A program made the position numbers and the translations under genes. This document shows positions 27,014-42,082 of a stretch of 64,000 nucleotides of DNA, in pieces. The DNA is from an uncultured Planctomycetota bacterium (GTDB lineage: Bacteria; Planctomycetota; Planctomycetia; Isosphaerales; Isosphaeraceae), in assembly GCA_963737655.1 (NCBI GenBank), contig CAVTTN010000002.1, positions 1,440,001 through 1,504,000 of the forward strand. Direction: 5' to 3'. Below the pieces are notes generated by a model. The model saw nothing but the letters and a program-made list of their open reading frames with translations. It made no database searches and was not told the DNA's origin. Each line of letters opens with the position of its first letter. Position 1 is the first letter of the stretch.

Positions 27014-30000
27014 TTACGACCGAGGGGCCCCGGCTCGGGCGATCAGGGCCTCGACGTCGGCCCAGAGCTTGCGGATCTCGGCCTTCTGGTCGTCGGGGAG
27101 GGGGGCGGTGGCCTTCTCGTCGCGGAGGCCGGCGAGGTCGGGGTCTTGCTTCCAGTGGGTCAGGGCCTGAATCACCACGGGCCCGGCCAGTTTCGGCGAG
27201 GCGTCGAGGAGCCCGGTCCAGGCATCGAGCTCGGCGCGGAGCCATCCCAGGGCTTTTTGGCGGAGGGCCTGCCTGGCCGGGGCGTCGGGCTTCGGGTCGT
27301 CCCGGCCTTGCTCGCCGGCGGCCAGGGCGGCGGCGCAGGAGGCGTTGTAGCGGACTCCGGCCCGGCGGTCGTCGCCGAGCTTCGGGTTGGCGTCGAGCGC
27401 CTCGCCCCAGAGCCTCGCGGCCGAGGCGTGGAGCCCCGTCTCGGAGGCCCGTTGCGCCAGGGCGAGCCGCTCGGCGACGTTTTTCGGGGCCTGCTTCCCC
27501 TGGATCACCGCGGAGAGCCGGGCGTCGAGGGCGACGGCCTTCGGATCCGAGTCGCGGAGCCTGGTCCGCTCGGCCCTGGCCTCGGCCGCGGCCGAGGCGT
27601 CGCCCAGGCCCCGGGCGGCTTGCTCCAGGCGTTCGAGGCTGTCGGCCAGGTAGCTGCGATAGGCCGGGTGATCGGGGAACGCGACCAGGGCCTTCTTCTG
27701 CAACGCGATGGCCGGGCCGAGCCGGTCTCGGGCCTCGGCGAACCGCTTGGCCTCCAGGTCGGCCGCGGCGATGTTGCTCAGGGTCGTCCCCAGGCCGCTG
27801 GCGAACTCGGGCATCTCGGGATGGGCCTTGACCAGCCCCTCCAGGATCGCCGCCGCCGCCTCGAATTCCTTCTTCGCCTCGGCCTGCTTCCCGGCCGACC
27901 ACAGGGGGTTGGCCATGTTGTTGTGGACGGCCGCCAGGTCGTTCTGGAGGTCGGTCTGGGTGGGGTTGGCCTCGGCCAGCTCCTTGCGGATCGGCAGGGC
28001 GGCCTCGTACGACTTCAGCGCCTCGGCCGGCTGGCCCATCGCCCATTGCAACAGGCCGATATTGTAGTAGGTATTCGCCACGTCCCGGCGGAACGTGGTG
28101 ACGGTGGGGTTGGCCTCGGCCAGGGCCTCCTGGATCGTCAGGGCGGCCTGGTACGACTTCAGCGCCTCCGCCCTCTGGCCCGATTGCTTCAAGAGGACGC
28201 CCACCGTGTGGTAGCTGGTCGCCAGGTCGTTCTGGGACTCGATCGCGCTGGGCTCGGCCTCGGCCACCCCCTTGCGGATCGCCAGGGCGTCCTTGTGGGC
28301 CTTGAGCGCCTCGGCCGGCTTGCCGAGCTCGCGGAGGAGGCTGCCGAGGCTGTAGGTGCTCATCGCCAGCTCTCGGCGGTACTGGACCACCGACGGGTTG
28401 GACTCGGCCAGGGCCTTCTGGATCGCCAGGGCGTCCTGATGGTCCTTCAGCGCCTCGGCCGGCTTGCCGGTGTTGCCCAGGACCAGCCCGAGGTTGTGGA
28501 GGCTCTGCGCCAGGTCGGCCCGGAGCCGGGCGTTGCCGGGATCGGCGTCGGCCAGCTCCTGGCGGATCGTCCGGGCCTCCCGGTGGGCCTTGAGCGCCTC
28601 GGCCGGCTTGCCGGTGATCCTCCGGAGGCTGCCGATGTTGTTCAGGGTCGAGGCCAGGTGGCGACGGAAGAGCGCCGAGGCCGAAGGATCGTCCCGGAGG
28701 AGCTCTCGCCAGAGGGCCGCCGCGTCCTCGTCCTCCGAGAGCGCCTCGGCCGTCTTCCCGGTGGCCGCCAGGAACATGCCGATGTTGTGATGGCTCTGCG
28801 CCAGGTCGATCCGGTACTTGATCGAGGACGGTTCGGCCTCGACCAGCTTCCGGCAGATCGCCAGGGCCTCCCGATAGGACGCCAGGGCGTCCTGCTTGTC
28901 GCCGATCTCGTTGGTCAGGTCGCCGAGGTCGAAGTCGGCATCGACCAGGCGGTGGAGCGTCTCGGGGCGGGTGTCGCCGCCGGCCTGGAGGCGCCCTCGG
29001 AGCTCCCGGAAGAACGCCCGGGGCTCCTTCAGGAGCCTCTGGCGGAGGGGCGCCAACCCCGGGGCGTTCTTGAGCTCGGGCTCGTTCGTCACCACGGCGC
29101 CGAACCGCTTCACGGCCTCGATCGCCAGCCCCTCGTTGGCCTCGGCGCGGAGCCTCTGCTCGTCCAGCCTCTCGTTGGCCGACTTCAGGTCGCGATAGGC
29201 CCTGGCCTGGACGGCGATGACCCCGGCGGTCCCGCCGACCAGGGCGATCAGGGTCGAGGCCGCCAGCGCCGCCACCGCCGGCTTCCTCTTGCACCAGAGC
29301 CACGCCCTCTCCGCCGGGCCGACCCTCCGGGCCGAGATCGGCCGGGAGCCCAGCCAGTTCCTCAGGTCGTCGGCCATCGCCTGGGCCGAGGCATACCGCC
29401 GCCTCGGGTCCTTGTCCAGGCACTTCAGGCAGATCGTCTCCAGGTCCCGGGGCGTCCCGTCGTTGAACTTGCTCGGAGGCTCGGGCAGACGGGTCCGGAC
29501 CGCGTCGAGGGTCTCGATCACGCTCTCGCCGCCGAACGGGGCCCGGCCCGTGAGCGTCGCATAGAGGATCGCCCCCAGCCCGTACACGTCCGTGGCCGTG
29601 GTGATCGACCCCCTCCGGCCGTGGGCCTGCTCCGGGCTCATGTACGCGGGCGTCCCCAGGATCGCGCCGCTCTGGGTCATCTCCGCGTCCCCCTCGACCC
29701 TCTTGGCCAGGCCGAAGTCGGTCACGTGGGGATGCCCCTCGGCGTCCACCAGGATGTTCGCCGGCTTCAGGTCGCGATGGAGGATTCCCCTCATATGAGC
29801 ATGATGGACCGCCTCCGCCGTCTCGGCCAGGAGCGCCGCCGCCGCCCTCGGGTCCTTCTTCAAAACCGAGAGCCGGGAGGACAGGTTGCCCCCCTCGACC
29901 AGCCTCATGCTGAAGTAGCGCTGGCCGTCGTGGTCGCCGACCTCGTACACCGGGACGACCCCCGGGTGATCGAGCAGGGCGACGGCCTCCGCCTCGTTCT

Positions 30001-30517
30001 GGAACCGGCGGAGCTCGGTCTCGTCGGCCAGCATCCCCGCCTTGATCATCTTCAGCGCCACCGGCCGGTTCAGGCTGACCTGCCGGGCCCGGTACACCAC
30101 GCCCATCCCCCCTCGGCCCAAGATCGCCTCGACCTCATAATCCCCGAAGTAGCGGATCGGGGTGCCCGGGTCGAGGTCGCGGGGCCGCTCGACCGGCTCG
30201 AACCCGGCGCCCCGGGTCGCGTCCCGGGTGGACTCCCACGACGACCCGGGCCGGGCGACCGTCGAGGGCGCGTTGCCCGGTGACACGGAACGGTCGGTCG
30301 CGTCGTCGGTCGCCTCCCCCGAGGGCGACGCCGACGCCGAGGCCGAGGCCGGTCCCCCGGTCCCCGAATCCCCCCGGGTCCTCCACGTCTCGGCCCTCCG
30401 GCCGCACTCGGCGCAGCCCTCCACGTGACGGCCGATCCGCTCCGCCTCCGCCGGCTCCAGCTCGCCCCGAAGGAACGCGCAAAGGCGGGACTCGTCCGGG
30501 CAGGCAGGAGAGGACAT
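27014..30517 (-). CDS. Ser/Thr protein kinase with N-terminal zf-HC2 and C-terminal TPR repeats
   Basis: HVEGCAEC; GRGGMGVVY, VALK, HRDLKPAN, DFGLAK, YMSPEQ; ~49-aa PAEALK...ALAI...LAEANP repeats. Confidence 0.95.
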   Translation of the reverse strand: MSSPACPDESRLCAFLRGELEPAEAERIGRHVEGCAECGRRAETWRTRGDSGTGGPASASASASPSGEATDDATDRSVSPGNAPSTVARPGSSWESTRDATRGAGFEPVERPRDLDPGTPIRYFGDYEVEAILGRGGMGVVYRARQVSLNRPVALKMIKAGMLADETELRRFQNEAEAVALLDHPGVVPVYEVGDHDGQRYFSMRLVEGGNLSSRLSVLKKDPRAAAALLAETAEAVHHAHMRGILHRDLKPANILVDAEGHPHVTDFGLAKRVEGDAEMTQSGAILGTPAYMSPEQAHGRRGSITTATDVYGLGAILYATLTGRAPFGGESVIETLDAVRTRLPEPPSKFNDGTPRDLETICLKCLDKDPRRRYASAQAMADDLRNWLGSRPISARRVGPAERAWLWCKRKPAVAALAASTLIALVGGTAGVIAVQARAYRDLKSANERLDEQRLRAEANEGLAIEAVKRFGAVVTNEPELKNAPGLAPLRQRLLKEPRAFFRELRGRLQAGGDTRPETLHRLVDADFDLGDLTNEIGDKQDALASYREALAICRKLVEAEPSSIKYRIDLAQSHHNIGMFLAATGKTAEALSEDEDAAALWRELLRDDPSASALFRRHLASTLNNIGSLRRITGKPAEALKAHREARTIRQELADADPGNARLRADLAQSLHNLGLVLGNTGKPAEALKDHQDALAIQKALAESNPSVVQYRRELAMSTYSLGSLLRELGKPAEALKAHKDALAIRKGVAEAEPSAIESQNDLATSYHTVGVLLKQSGQRAEALKSYQAALTIQEALAEANPTVTTFRRDVANTYYNIGLLQWAMGQPAEALKSYEAALPIRKELAEANPTQTDLQNDLAAVHNNMANPLWSAGKQAEAKKEFEAAAAILEGLVKAHPEMPEFASGLGTTLSNIAAADLEAKRFAEARDRLGPAIALQKKALVAFPDHPAYRSYLADSLERLEQAARGLGDASAAAEARAERTRLRDSDPKAVALDARLSAVIQGKQAPKNVAERLALAQRASETGLHASAARLWGEALDANPKLGDDRRAGVRYNASCAAALAAGEQGRDDPKPDAPARQALRQKALGWLRAELDAWTGLLDASPKLAGPVVIQALTHWKQDPDLAGLRDEKATAPLPDDQKAEIRKLWADVEALIARAGAPRS

Positions 30518-30854
30518 GAGCATTCGCTCCAATGGTATTCAAGGAACCACGTCGTTCTCCCATCATCTGTACCCGATCCGCCGACCCCGGTAAACCCGCC
30601 GGGCCGTTTCCTTCTCGGCGCAAGATCCTTCCAAAGGCTTATGGGCGGCACGGGTTCCGTCTTCAAGACCCGAGGGACCGCCCGCACGGGTGACCGCGGA
30701 ATCTGCGGTCGGCCGGAGGCCCTCCCCGGGTTCGTGGTCGATCCCAGGGTGCGTCCCCCCTCCGGCATTCGCCCCGTCGATGGTATGGTCTATGCGTCCT
30801 CCCTCCCTCACCGGGCGCCCTCTCGGCGTCCTCTTCCGCGAAGGGACTGCCCCC

Positions 30855-32222
30855 ATGCCCCAGGGGATCGGCTGGATCGGCGACGCGGACTTCGTCCTCA
30901 ACGGCTGGGCCGCCGAGCCGGGCGTGGCGGCGCCGATCCGGGTCTACGTCGAGGTCTTCGCGCTCGACGAACACGGCAAGGTCGCCGGGCCCGCGAAGAT
31001 CGCCCAATACCTGACCGCCGACCGCCCCCGGCCCGACGTCCCCGCCAGCGACCGCCGGGTGATCGGCGAGGCCCACGGCTTCGAGATGCCCCTGCCCCCC
31101 GGAGACCTCCCCGACGGCGGATACCTCGTCCGCGCCCGGGCCCTGGCCTCCACCCACGGATCGCTCCTCCCCGGGGAGGTCCGCATCGCCCGGACCACCG
31201 TCGGCTCGCCCCCGGTCCGGTTCTCCCTCCGCTACCACGGGCCCGTCGGCGGCCTCCAGCGGACGGATAATTACGAATCTTACCCCACCGCGATGAGAGA
31301 CGGCAATCAAATCCGCATGTGGTTCGCCGGAGGCCCCGGCGACAAGATCTATTACGCCACCTCGCGATCCCCCTCCGGCCTCGACGGCTTCCGCGTCTAC
31401 GGCAACTTCCGCCCCGTCCTCCAGGAAGGCCGGACCGGCCCCGACCGCGGCCTGACCGCCGACCCCTCCGTCGTCAAGGTTCCCTTCCCCGACCCGCGGT
31501 TCCCCTATCGCTTCTTCATGTATTACACCGCCGTCCCCTCCATCGACGGCCGCAACGGCATCTTCGGCGCCATCTCCACCGACGGCATCCGATGGGACAA
31601 GATGGACCCTCGTGTTCACACCTTCGGCATGTGCTACCCCATCATCACTCCATTAAAACCCGGCAAGGACGGCTACGGCGCCGGCCAGTCCAGCGTGATC
31701 TGGACCGAGAAACCCCTCGGCCCCATGCCCCCCGGCCTCGTCCACTACTTCACCGACACCACCGTCGGAGGCCCCTGCGTGGCCGTCAGCACCGACGGCG
31801 GATGGACCTTCCGGCGGATCGACGCCGACCTCTCCAAACATCTCGGCGACTATACCTGGGACATGAAATTGCTCGATGATAACCGAATCCTCGGATTCGT
31901 GGCCATCCCCGGCGAGCGGTTCGTCGGCAAGGACCGCCGCGAACGAGTCCAGGGCTCGATCGGCCTGAGCGTCTCCGACGACGGCCTCAAATTCGCCAAG
32001 CAGGCCCGAATCCCCATGAAGTGGCTGACCGACGACGAGGACCATCAATGCATCAATAACGGTGGACTCCTCGGCTCCCCCGAGGGACACATCCACGGAG
32101 ACTCCACCGTCTTCTACTTCGGCGCCGGCTACGGGATGCAGGACGACCCCCGGCCCCGGAACAACCGCTGGCCCCCCCTCGACTGGGACATCGCCGCCGT
32201 CTCGGTCAAGATGGCCCGATGA
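30855..32222 (+). CDS. Beta-propeller glycoside hydrolase-like protein with N-terminal accessory domain
   Basis: N-terminal GWA...ADRPRPDV...HGF; YPTAM, ADPSVV, FMYYTA, STDGIRW, YGAGQSSV, STDGGWTF. Confidence 0.65.
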   Translation: MPQGIGWIGDADFVLNGWAAEPGVAAPIRVYVEVFALDEHGKVAGPAKIAQYLTADRPRPDVPASDRRVIGEAHGFEMPLPPGDLPDGGYLVRARALASTHGSLLPGEVRIARTTVGSPPVRFSLRYHGPVGGLQRTDNYESYPTAMRDGNQIRMWFAGGPGDKIYYATSRSPSGLDGFRVYGNFRPVLQEGRTGPDRGLTADPSVVKVPFPDPRFPYRFFMYYTAVPSIDGRNGIFGAISTDGIRWDKMDPRVHTFGMCYPIITPLKPGKDGYGAGQSSVIWTEKPLGPMPPGLVHYFTDTTVGGPCVAVSTDGGWTFRRIDADLSKHLGDYTWDMKLLDDNRILGFVAIPGERFVGKDRRERVQGSIGLSVSDDGLKFAKQARIPMKWLTDDEDHQCINNGGLLGSPEGHIHGDSTVFYFGAGYGMQDDPRPRNNRWPPLDWDIAAVSVKMAR

Positions 32223-32255
32223 CCGACCAGTCGGCCGGACGGACGAAGGGGGAAA

Positions 32256-32319
32256 ATGGTGAAAAATGGTGTCGGATCTATTTTATACTCAAAATAGATC
32301 CGACACCATTTTTCACCAT
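32256..32319. repeat. AT-rich 29-bp perfect inverted repeat
   Basis: atggtgaaaaatggtgtcggatctatttt-atactc-aaaatagatccgacaccatttttcaccat. Confidence 0.92.
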
Positions 32320-32380
32320 CGTCCGACCATTCTTCGCCGACGCTCCCCTCAATTCCAGGATTGACACCCCATCGATCCCA

Positions 32381-32417
32381 CGGAACTTGACGACACTTTT
32401 GCGGAACTTGACGACAC
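32381..32417 (+). repeat. 16-bp direct repeat at 21-bp spacing
   Basis: cggaacttgacgacac at 32381 and 32402. Confidence 0.8.
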
Positions 32418-32803
32418 ATTTTCGCCAAAATCGCCGAGAACGGCGGAAAACAAGGGAAATCCCGCGCGCAACGACGCGTACCAGGCCACGACCATTGATA
32501 AAAACACACGTCGTTCGATTCGGCGCAATCCCCGCCCCTGAAACAGCCTGGGCCCGAGCCTGATCTCGTCCCGGACCCGTCCCCAAGGGGGAAAACGTGT
32601 CCCCGAGCCCGCACACTTCGGGCCTCCCGGGCGCCTCGCCCCCGATCGGCCCATCGAAATTCGGGCGATCGCGGACCGGCCCCGGGCCCGATGGTAGGTT
32701 CGCGGGCCGGGCCTCGTCCGCAGGATTGCACCGCGACCCACAGGGCGTTACCCTCTCCCCGCGGCCCCCTCGCGCCTCCGATCGAAACAAGGCAGATCGC
32801 GCC

Positions 32804-33907
32804 ATGAAGATCCGTCGGATCGCCGCCCACCGCGTCGAGCTCCCCCTGGTCGAGGGGAGCTATCGCTGGTCGGGCGGCAAATCGGTCAGCGTCTTCGACA
32901 GCACCATCGTGGCCGTCGAGGCCGACGACGGCTCCATCGGCGTCGGCGAGGTCTGCCCACTCGGCCCGGCCTACCTCCCCGCCTTCGCCGCCGGGGCCCG
33001 GGCCGGGATCGCCGAGCTTGCTCCCCACCTCCTGGGCGAAGACCCCCTCCAGCTCGACCGCCTGAACGCCCGGATGGACGCCGCCCTGAAGGGCCACCCC
33101 TACGTCAAATCGGCCCTGGACATCGCCTGCTGGGACCTCCTCGGCCAGGCCGCCCGCCTGCCCGTATCCATCTTGCTCGGCGGACGTTACGGCGAAAGCT
33201 TCCCGCTCTATCGGGCCATCTCCCAGGAGGATCCCGACACGATGGCGGGCAAGGTCGCCGGCTACCGGGCCGAAGGCTATCGGAGCTTCCAGCTCAAGGT
33301 CGGCGGCGACCCCGACACCGACATCGCCCGGATCAAGGCCGTCTCCGCCGCCCTCCGGCCCGGAGACCGCCTGATCGCCGACGCCAACACCGGCTGGCTG
33401 ATGCACGAGGCCGCCCGGGTCGTCCGCGCCGTCCGCGACATCGACGTCTCCATCGAGCAGCCCTGCCTCTCCTACGAGGAATGCCTGTCCATCCGCCGAC
33501 GGACCGACCACCCGTTCGTCCTCGACGAGGTCATTGACGGAATCCCCGCCCTGCTTCGAGGTTACGCCGACGGCGCCATGGACGTCGTGAACCTCAAGAT
33601 TGGCAAGCTCGGCGGCTTGACCCGGGCCCGCCAGGCCCGAGACCTCTGCGTCTCGCTCGGGATCGCCATGACCATCGAGGATACCTGGGGCGGCGACATC
33701 ACCACGACCGCCATCGCCCACCTCGCCCACAGCACCCCGCCCGCCTACCTCTTCACATCCACCGATTTCAACAGTTATGTGACCGTAAGCACCGCAAACG
33801 GCGCCCCGAACCGTCGCGAGGGCCGGCTCTCCGCCCCGACCGGCCCCGGCCTCGGCATCCTCCCCCGGATGGATGTCCTCGGCCCCCCGGTCGTGGAAGT
33901 CTTTTGA
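32804..33907 (+). CDS. Mandelate racemase/muconate lactonizing enzyme family (cis-3-hydroxy-L-proline dehydratase-like)
   Basis: [61 protein letters not shown]. Confidence 0.88.
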   Translation: MKIRRIAAHRVELPLVEGSYRWSGGKSVSVFDSTIVAVEADDGSIGVGEVCPLGPAYLPAFAAGARAGIAELAPHLLGEDPLQLDRLNARMDAALKGHPYVKSALDIACWDLLGQAARLPVSILLGGRYGESFPLYRAISQEDPDTMAGKVAGYRAEGYRSFQLKVGGDPDTDIARIKAVSAALRPGDRLIADANTGWLMHEAARVVRAVRDIDVSIEQPCLSYEECLSIRRRTDHPFVLDEVIDGIPALLRGYADGAMDVVNLKIGKLGGLTRARQARDLCVSLGIAMTIEDTWGGDITTTAIAHLAHSTPPAYLFTSTDFNSYVTVSTANGAPNRREGRLSAPTGPGLGILPRMDVLGPPVVEVF

Positions 33908-34125
33908 AGGAAAAGACTTCGGTCGGGCAACCCCGCTCGGTCCCCGGATCGCCGAAATGATCTCAGCCGCTCCAAACGATCCATTTCACATGAAATTGCG
34001 ATGAAAACGGATCAAAACCTCCTGATCGACCTTCGCAAGAGGGCATGGACTCGCTATTTTCGCTCCTCCCGGCGACGAGGTCGGGACGTCTATCCTCTCC
34101 ACGACCGTCTCAGGAGCAGCCTCTC

Positions 34126-34785
34126 ATGGAAACGCATCAGGAAACGGGCCGGCGGCCGAAGGCCCGGACCTTGTGGATCGTCGCGGCCCTGGGGATGATC
34201 GCCGGTCCGGCCCGGGCCGAGTACATCGACCAGTCGAACACCAACGCCCCTCAGCGGTTCTACAACACCGACCCTTCATCAGGGAACACGCCGATCGGTC
34301 AGGAGTTCACCCCGACGATCTCTTCTCTCGATTTCGTCAAGCTTTACGTCGCCGACGCCGGCAGCGACATCGGCCCCGGGGCGAATTTCGAGGTGAACAT
34401 CCGCCAGGCCTCGATCGCCGGGACGATCCTCGGGACGAGCGACGTCACCTACGTCCCCGACGGCACGAACACCGGCGGAGGCTCCACGATCACCGACTTC
34501 TCGTTCGCCAGCCCCGTGAGCCTGACCCCCGGGTCGCTTTATGTGATCCAGGTCGTCCAGCTCGCCCCGATCGTGACTGGGAACTTCAATTTCGGGATCG
34601 ACGGCAACACCGCGGACGTCTATTCGGGCGGTCGGGCGATCATCGGCGGCATCCCGAACTCCAATTTTGACTTCTATTTCAGCGAAGGCGTCCGCGCCGT
34701 GCCCGAGCCGGCGAGCCTCACGCTGGTGGGGATCGGCCTGCTCGGACCGATCCTCGCCCGACGAGCCCGTCGCCGGGCATCCTGA
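34126..34785 (+). CDS. PEP-CTERM sorting domain protein
   Basis: AGGAG RBS, signal peptide ending PARA, IGQEFTP, VPEPASLTLVGIGLLG..LARRARRR. Confidence 0.9.
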   Translation: METHQETGRRPKARTLWIVAALGMIAGPARAEYIDQSNTNAPQRFYNTDPSSGNTPIGQEFTPTISSLDFVKLYVADAGSDIGPGANFEVNIRQASIAGTILGTSDVTYVPDGTNTGGGSTITDFSFASPVSLTPGSLYVIQVVQLAPIVTGNFNFGIDGNTADVYSGGRAIIGGIPNSNFDFYFSEGVRAVPEPASLTLVGIGLLGPILARRARRRAS

Positions 34786-34922
34786 TCCCTCGAACGGCCC
34801 CGGGCCGGGGGCGGGGCCTTGACGGACCCGGGGCCCTCGGCCATCCTGTCCGATCTCGGGACCCGGGCCTCTGGCCGACCCTTTCGGATCGGGGGCGGGC
34901 ATCGCGAGGAGGGACCGCCCCG

Positions 34923-35963
34923 ATGCCCCGATGCCCGACCCTCGCGGCCATCGTCCTGACACTCCTCACCGTTGCCGAACCTTGTCCGGCCCAATGGGTT
35001 GCGCAAGAAAGCGGAACAAAAGCCCGGCTCCGCGGGGTCTCGGTCGTCGGCCCCGAGGTCGCCTGGGCCAGCGGGGCCGGCGGGACGGTCTTGATGACCC
35101 TCGACGGCGGCAAGACCTGGAAGCCCCGGCCCGTACCCGACGCCTCCGGCCTGGATTTCCGGGACGTCGTGGCCATCGACGCCCGGACCGCCTACCTCCT
35201 GGCGATCGGCGAGGGGGAAAAATCCCGGATCTTCAAGACCAAAGATGGCGGAACTTCCTGGACTCTCCAGTTGACCAACCGCGACCCCAAGGGATTTCTC
35301 GACGCCCTCGCCTTCTGGGACGCCGACCACGGCCTGGCCCTGGGCGATCCGGTCGACGGACGGTTCACCATCGTGACAACCGACGACGGCGGCAAGACTT
35401 GGGTCAAATCGGGCATCGAGGGCATGCCCCCGGCTCTCCCCAGGGAAGGAGCTTTCGCCGCAAGCGGAACCTGCCTGATTACCCAGGGCCACCACAACGC
35501 CTTCTTCGCCACGGGAGGGGCCAACGTCGCCCGGGTCTTCCGTTCCCGGGACCGGGGACGGACCTGGACCGCCTCTGAGACCCCAATTCGCGCCGGATCG
35601 GCCACGTCGGGGATCTTCTCCCTGGCTTTCCGAGACGCCGACCACGGAGTGATCGTCGGAGGCTCCTACGACCGACCCGACCTCGGCGGAAGGATCGTCG
35701 CAACCTCCGATGACGGCGGGACAACCTGGAAATCTTCCGAAGGACCAAACCCTCAAGGGTTTCGGTCGGCGGTCGCCTATCTCGACAGGCCCAACCGGCT
35801 GGTCACGGTCGGTCCGTCCGGCTCGGATCTGTCGAACGACGGAGGCAAATCCTGGAAACCCCTGGGGCCATTGGGCTTCCACGCCGTCAACTTCGCCGGC
35901 CCGGATGCCGGCTGGGCCGTCGGCGAAGAAGGTCGGATCGCCCGGTTCCAGATCCAGCCCTGA
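34923..35963 (+). CDS. Secreted BNR/Asp-box (YCF48-like) repeat protein
   Basis: Signal peptide; repeated T.DGG.TW / SRDRGRTW / SNDGGKSW. Confidence 0.9.
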   Translation: MPRCPTLAAIVLTLLTVAEPCPAQWVAQESGTKARLRGVSVVGPEVAWASGAGGTVLMTLDGGKTWKPRPVPDASGLDFRDVVAIDARTAYLLAIGEGEKSRIFKTKDGGTSWTLQLTNRDPKGFLDALAFWDADHGLALGDPVDGRFTIVTTDDGGKTWVKSGIEGMPPALPREGAFAASGTCLITQGHHNAFFATGGANVARVFRSRDRGRTWTASETPIRAGSATSGIFSLAFRDADHGVIVGGSYDRPDLGGRIVATSDDGGTTWKSSEGPNPQGFRSAVAYLDRPNRLVTVGPSGSDLSNDGGKSWKPLGPLGFHAVNFAGPDAGWAVGEEGRIARFQIQP

Positions 35964-36020
35964 CCCGACACCCAGGCGCCCGTCCGCCGGCGTGTTCGGT
36001 CGGTCGGGTGGCGCGTGGAG

Positions 36021-36061
36021 ACGCCCGCCCCGGAGACGGGATTCGTCTCCGGGGCGGGCGT
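36021..36061 (-). terminator. 18-bp GC-rich hairpin just 3' of 5S rRNA
   Basis: acgcccgccccggagacg-ggatt-cgtctccggggcgggcgt; no clear U-tract. Confidence 0.6.
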
Positions 36062-36070
36062 GTTGGGGGA

Positions 36071-36181
36071 TCCCGGCGATCACCGACTTTCGCGCCTTGG
36101 GCACTATCATGGGCCCGGCGGGCTTAACGGCCGTGTTCGGGATGGGAACGGGTGTGGCCCCGCCGGTCTGGTCGCCGGGAA
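36071..36181 (-). rRNA. rrf: 5S rRNA (short, ~111 nt)
   Basis: Minus strand contains CCACACCCGTTCCCATCCCGAACACGGCCGTTAAGC and pairing termini. Confidence 0.93.
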
Positions 36182-36388
36182 CGCGGCCCGGGGGCGGTCG
36201 GGCCCCGCGGGTCGCGGCAATCTCGCGTCGGTGACGAGGCGTCGATTCGATTCGGCATGGGTCGTGGCAGGACGGCGTCATCTCGCCGGATGCGGCGATC
36301 GTTACCATCTTTGCTCGGGGACCTGGGCCACCGGATCGGCCCGGCGCGTCGCATGCCCTTTGGGGGGCGTGCGGCGGCGGGTCGGGGT

Positions 36389-39189
<2,801 letters not shown>

Positions 39190-39707
39190 ACGCCGACCCG
39201 ACGCCGTCTCCGGCGCCTGCCGACGAATGGTCGCATGTCCCCGCCCCGCCGCGCGTCTCGCGACGCTCCACGGGGCGCTGAGTAACGATCCCCGCGCGGC
39301 CTCGCGGCCGGGCGGGTCGCATCCAAGGAGATGAAACCTATCCTGTCCTAGACCCTGTCCCGCCCCAGAATTCCTCGGCCGAGGCCGATCGATCCCGGGG
39401 CGGACGAATCTTCGTCTCGTCTCGTCACCGACGCCAAATTGTCAAAAAGCCGGGCCGAGGATTCCTCCTCGGCACGCCTGGCCGCCGGCCAGGGGCCGGG
39501 GCACGCCCCCGCTCGGGGAGGGATGCCGCGGCCCGCGCCCGGAGGGGCAGACGGGGTCGCAATGCGGCCGATCGCAAGATCTCACCGTCCATTCCGCGTG
39601 GACCCGCGGGGGGAGCCGGCGTAGGCCTCGCCCTCACCGCAGGAGGAGGGGCGGGCCGATGCGGTCACCGAGATCCGAGGATCCCGGGCCGAGGTCGATC
39701 GTCCTTA

Positions 39708-41230
<1,523 letters not shown>

Positions 41231-41483
41231 TGTGCTCCGGGGTGGCCCCCTCCCTCTCGCGAAGGAGGAGTCGCCCCGTCGCTCCTCGATGGGTCGAGGA
41301 TGTGCTGATGGTCGCTCCGGACTCTCTCTCGAGAGGCCGGGGCGTGCTGACCGCCCCCCGGTACGCCCGGATCGCCCCCGAAGAGGTGATTCCAAACGCC
41401 CCCGGCGGATGCGCGGCCCACGCCGGCTTCCCTCACGGGTCCACAAGCTCTTCGAGCTTGTCATTCGATCTCGCGATCGGCCG

Positions 41484-41497
41484 AATTGTCAAAGAGG
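41484..41497 (-). promoter_or_regulatory. boxA-like antitermination element in rrn leader (second copy in ITS ~39437-39450)
   Basis: CTCTTTGACAATT in leader and CTTTTTGACAATT in 16S-23S spacer resemble boxA. Confidence 0.65.
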
Positions 41498-41652
41498 TCG
41501 GACGCCAGTGGCCGGGTTGACTCGCCCTTGTGAGAGGCTCGTCACCCCGGCCTGTGAAGTACGTCGCCAGAACCGATCCGGTTCGAAACCCGGGTGATCG
41601 TCGCGTCGTGCTTGCCGTCGTCGAAGCGTTCGTTTCGTCGTCGGCGAGGGTT

Positions 41653-41680
41653 ATCATAACGGCCAATCGGCGTGGGTCAA
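41653..41680 (-). promoter_or_regulatory. Sigma70-type rrn promoter
   Basis: TTGACC-16 bp-TATGAT on minus strand; the -35 box contains the TGA stop of the upstream gene. Confidence 0.75.
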
Positions 41681-42078
41681 GACTCTGCTTCGGTTTTTTG
41701 AGGAGACGGGGTGATGGGGTTGCGGGTGTGGGGTGAAGGGACGGCCCTGGCGGCCCGTTCCGCGGCCCGTCGTCGGCCCTTGGCGACGAGCATCAGGTTC
41801 CTCACGTAGATGAACACGCCCAGGGCCTGGCCGACCATGATGACCGGGTCTTCGCGGTGGTTGGCGTAGATCAACAGGGTGGTGCCGCCCGCCAGGCTGA
41901 GCCACCAGAAGATGACCGGGACGACCGAATCCTTCCTCTTTTCCGAGGCGATCCACTGGGCGAGGAACCTCGCGGTGAAGATCGCCTGGCCGAGGAAGCC
42001 GACGGTCAGCCACAAGGTGGACGACGAGGAGACGTGGCCGCAGGTCGGGCACGGGGCGTCGGCGAGGAGGGGGATCAT
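41677..42078 (-). CDS. Lipid-A-disaccharide synthase N-terminal (LAB_N) domain membrane protein
   Basis: GFLGQAIFTARFLAQWIASEKRKDSVVPVIFWWLSLAGG..LLIYA...DPV...GQ..G..IY.RNL. Confidence 0.9.
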   Translation of the reverse strand: MIPLLADAPCPTCGHVSSSSTLWLTVGFLGQAIFTARFLAQWIASEKRKDSVVPVIFWWLSLAGGTTLLIYANHREDPVIMVGQALGVFIYVRNLMLVAKGRRRAAERAARAVPSPHTRNPITPSPQKTEAES

Positions 42079-42082
42079 CGCG

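Noticed and set aside
27146..30283. 1045-aa plus-strand ORF (and 862-aa minus alternate frame)
   Set aside because: Shadows of the TPR kinase; their repetitiveness mirrors the TPR repeats.
39190..39707. tRNA-Ile/Ala in the ITS
   Set aside because: No cloverleaf or TTCRA T-loop pattern recognised.
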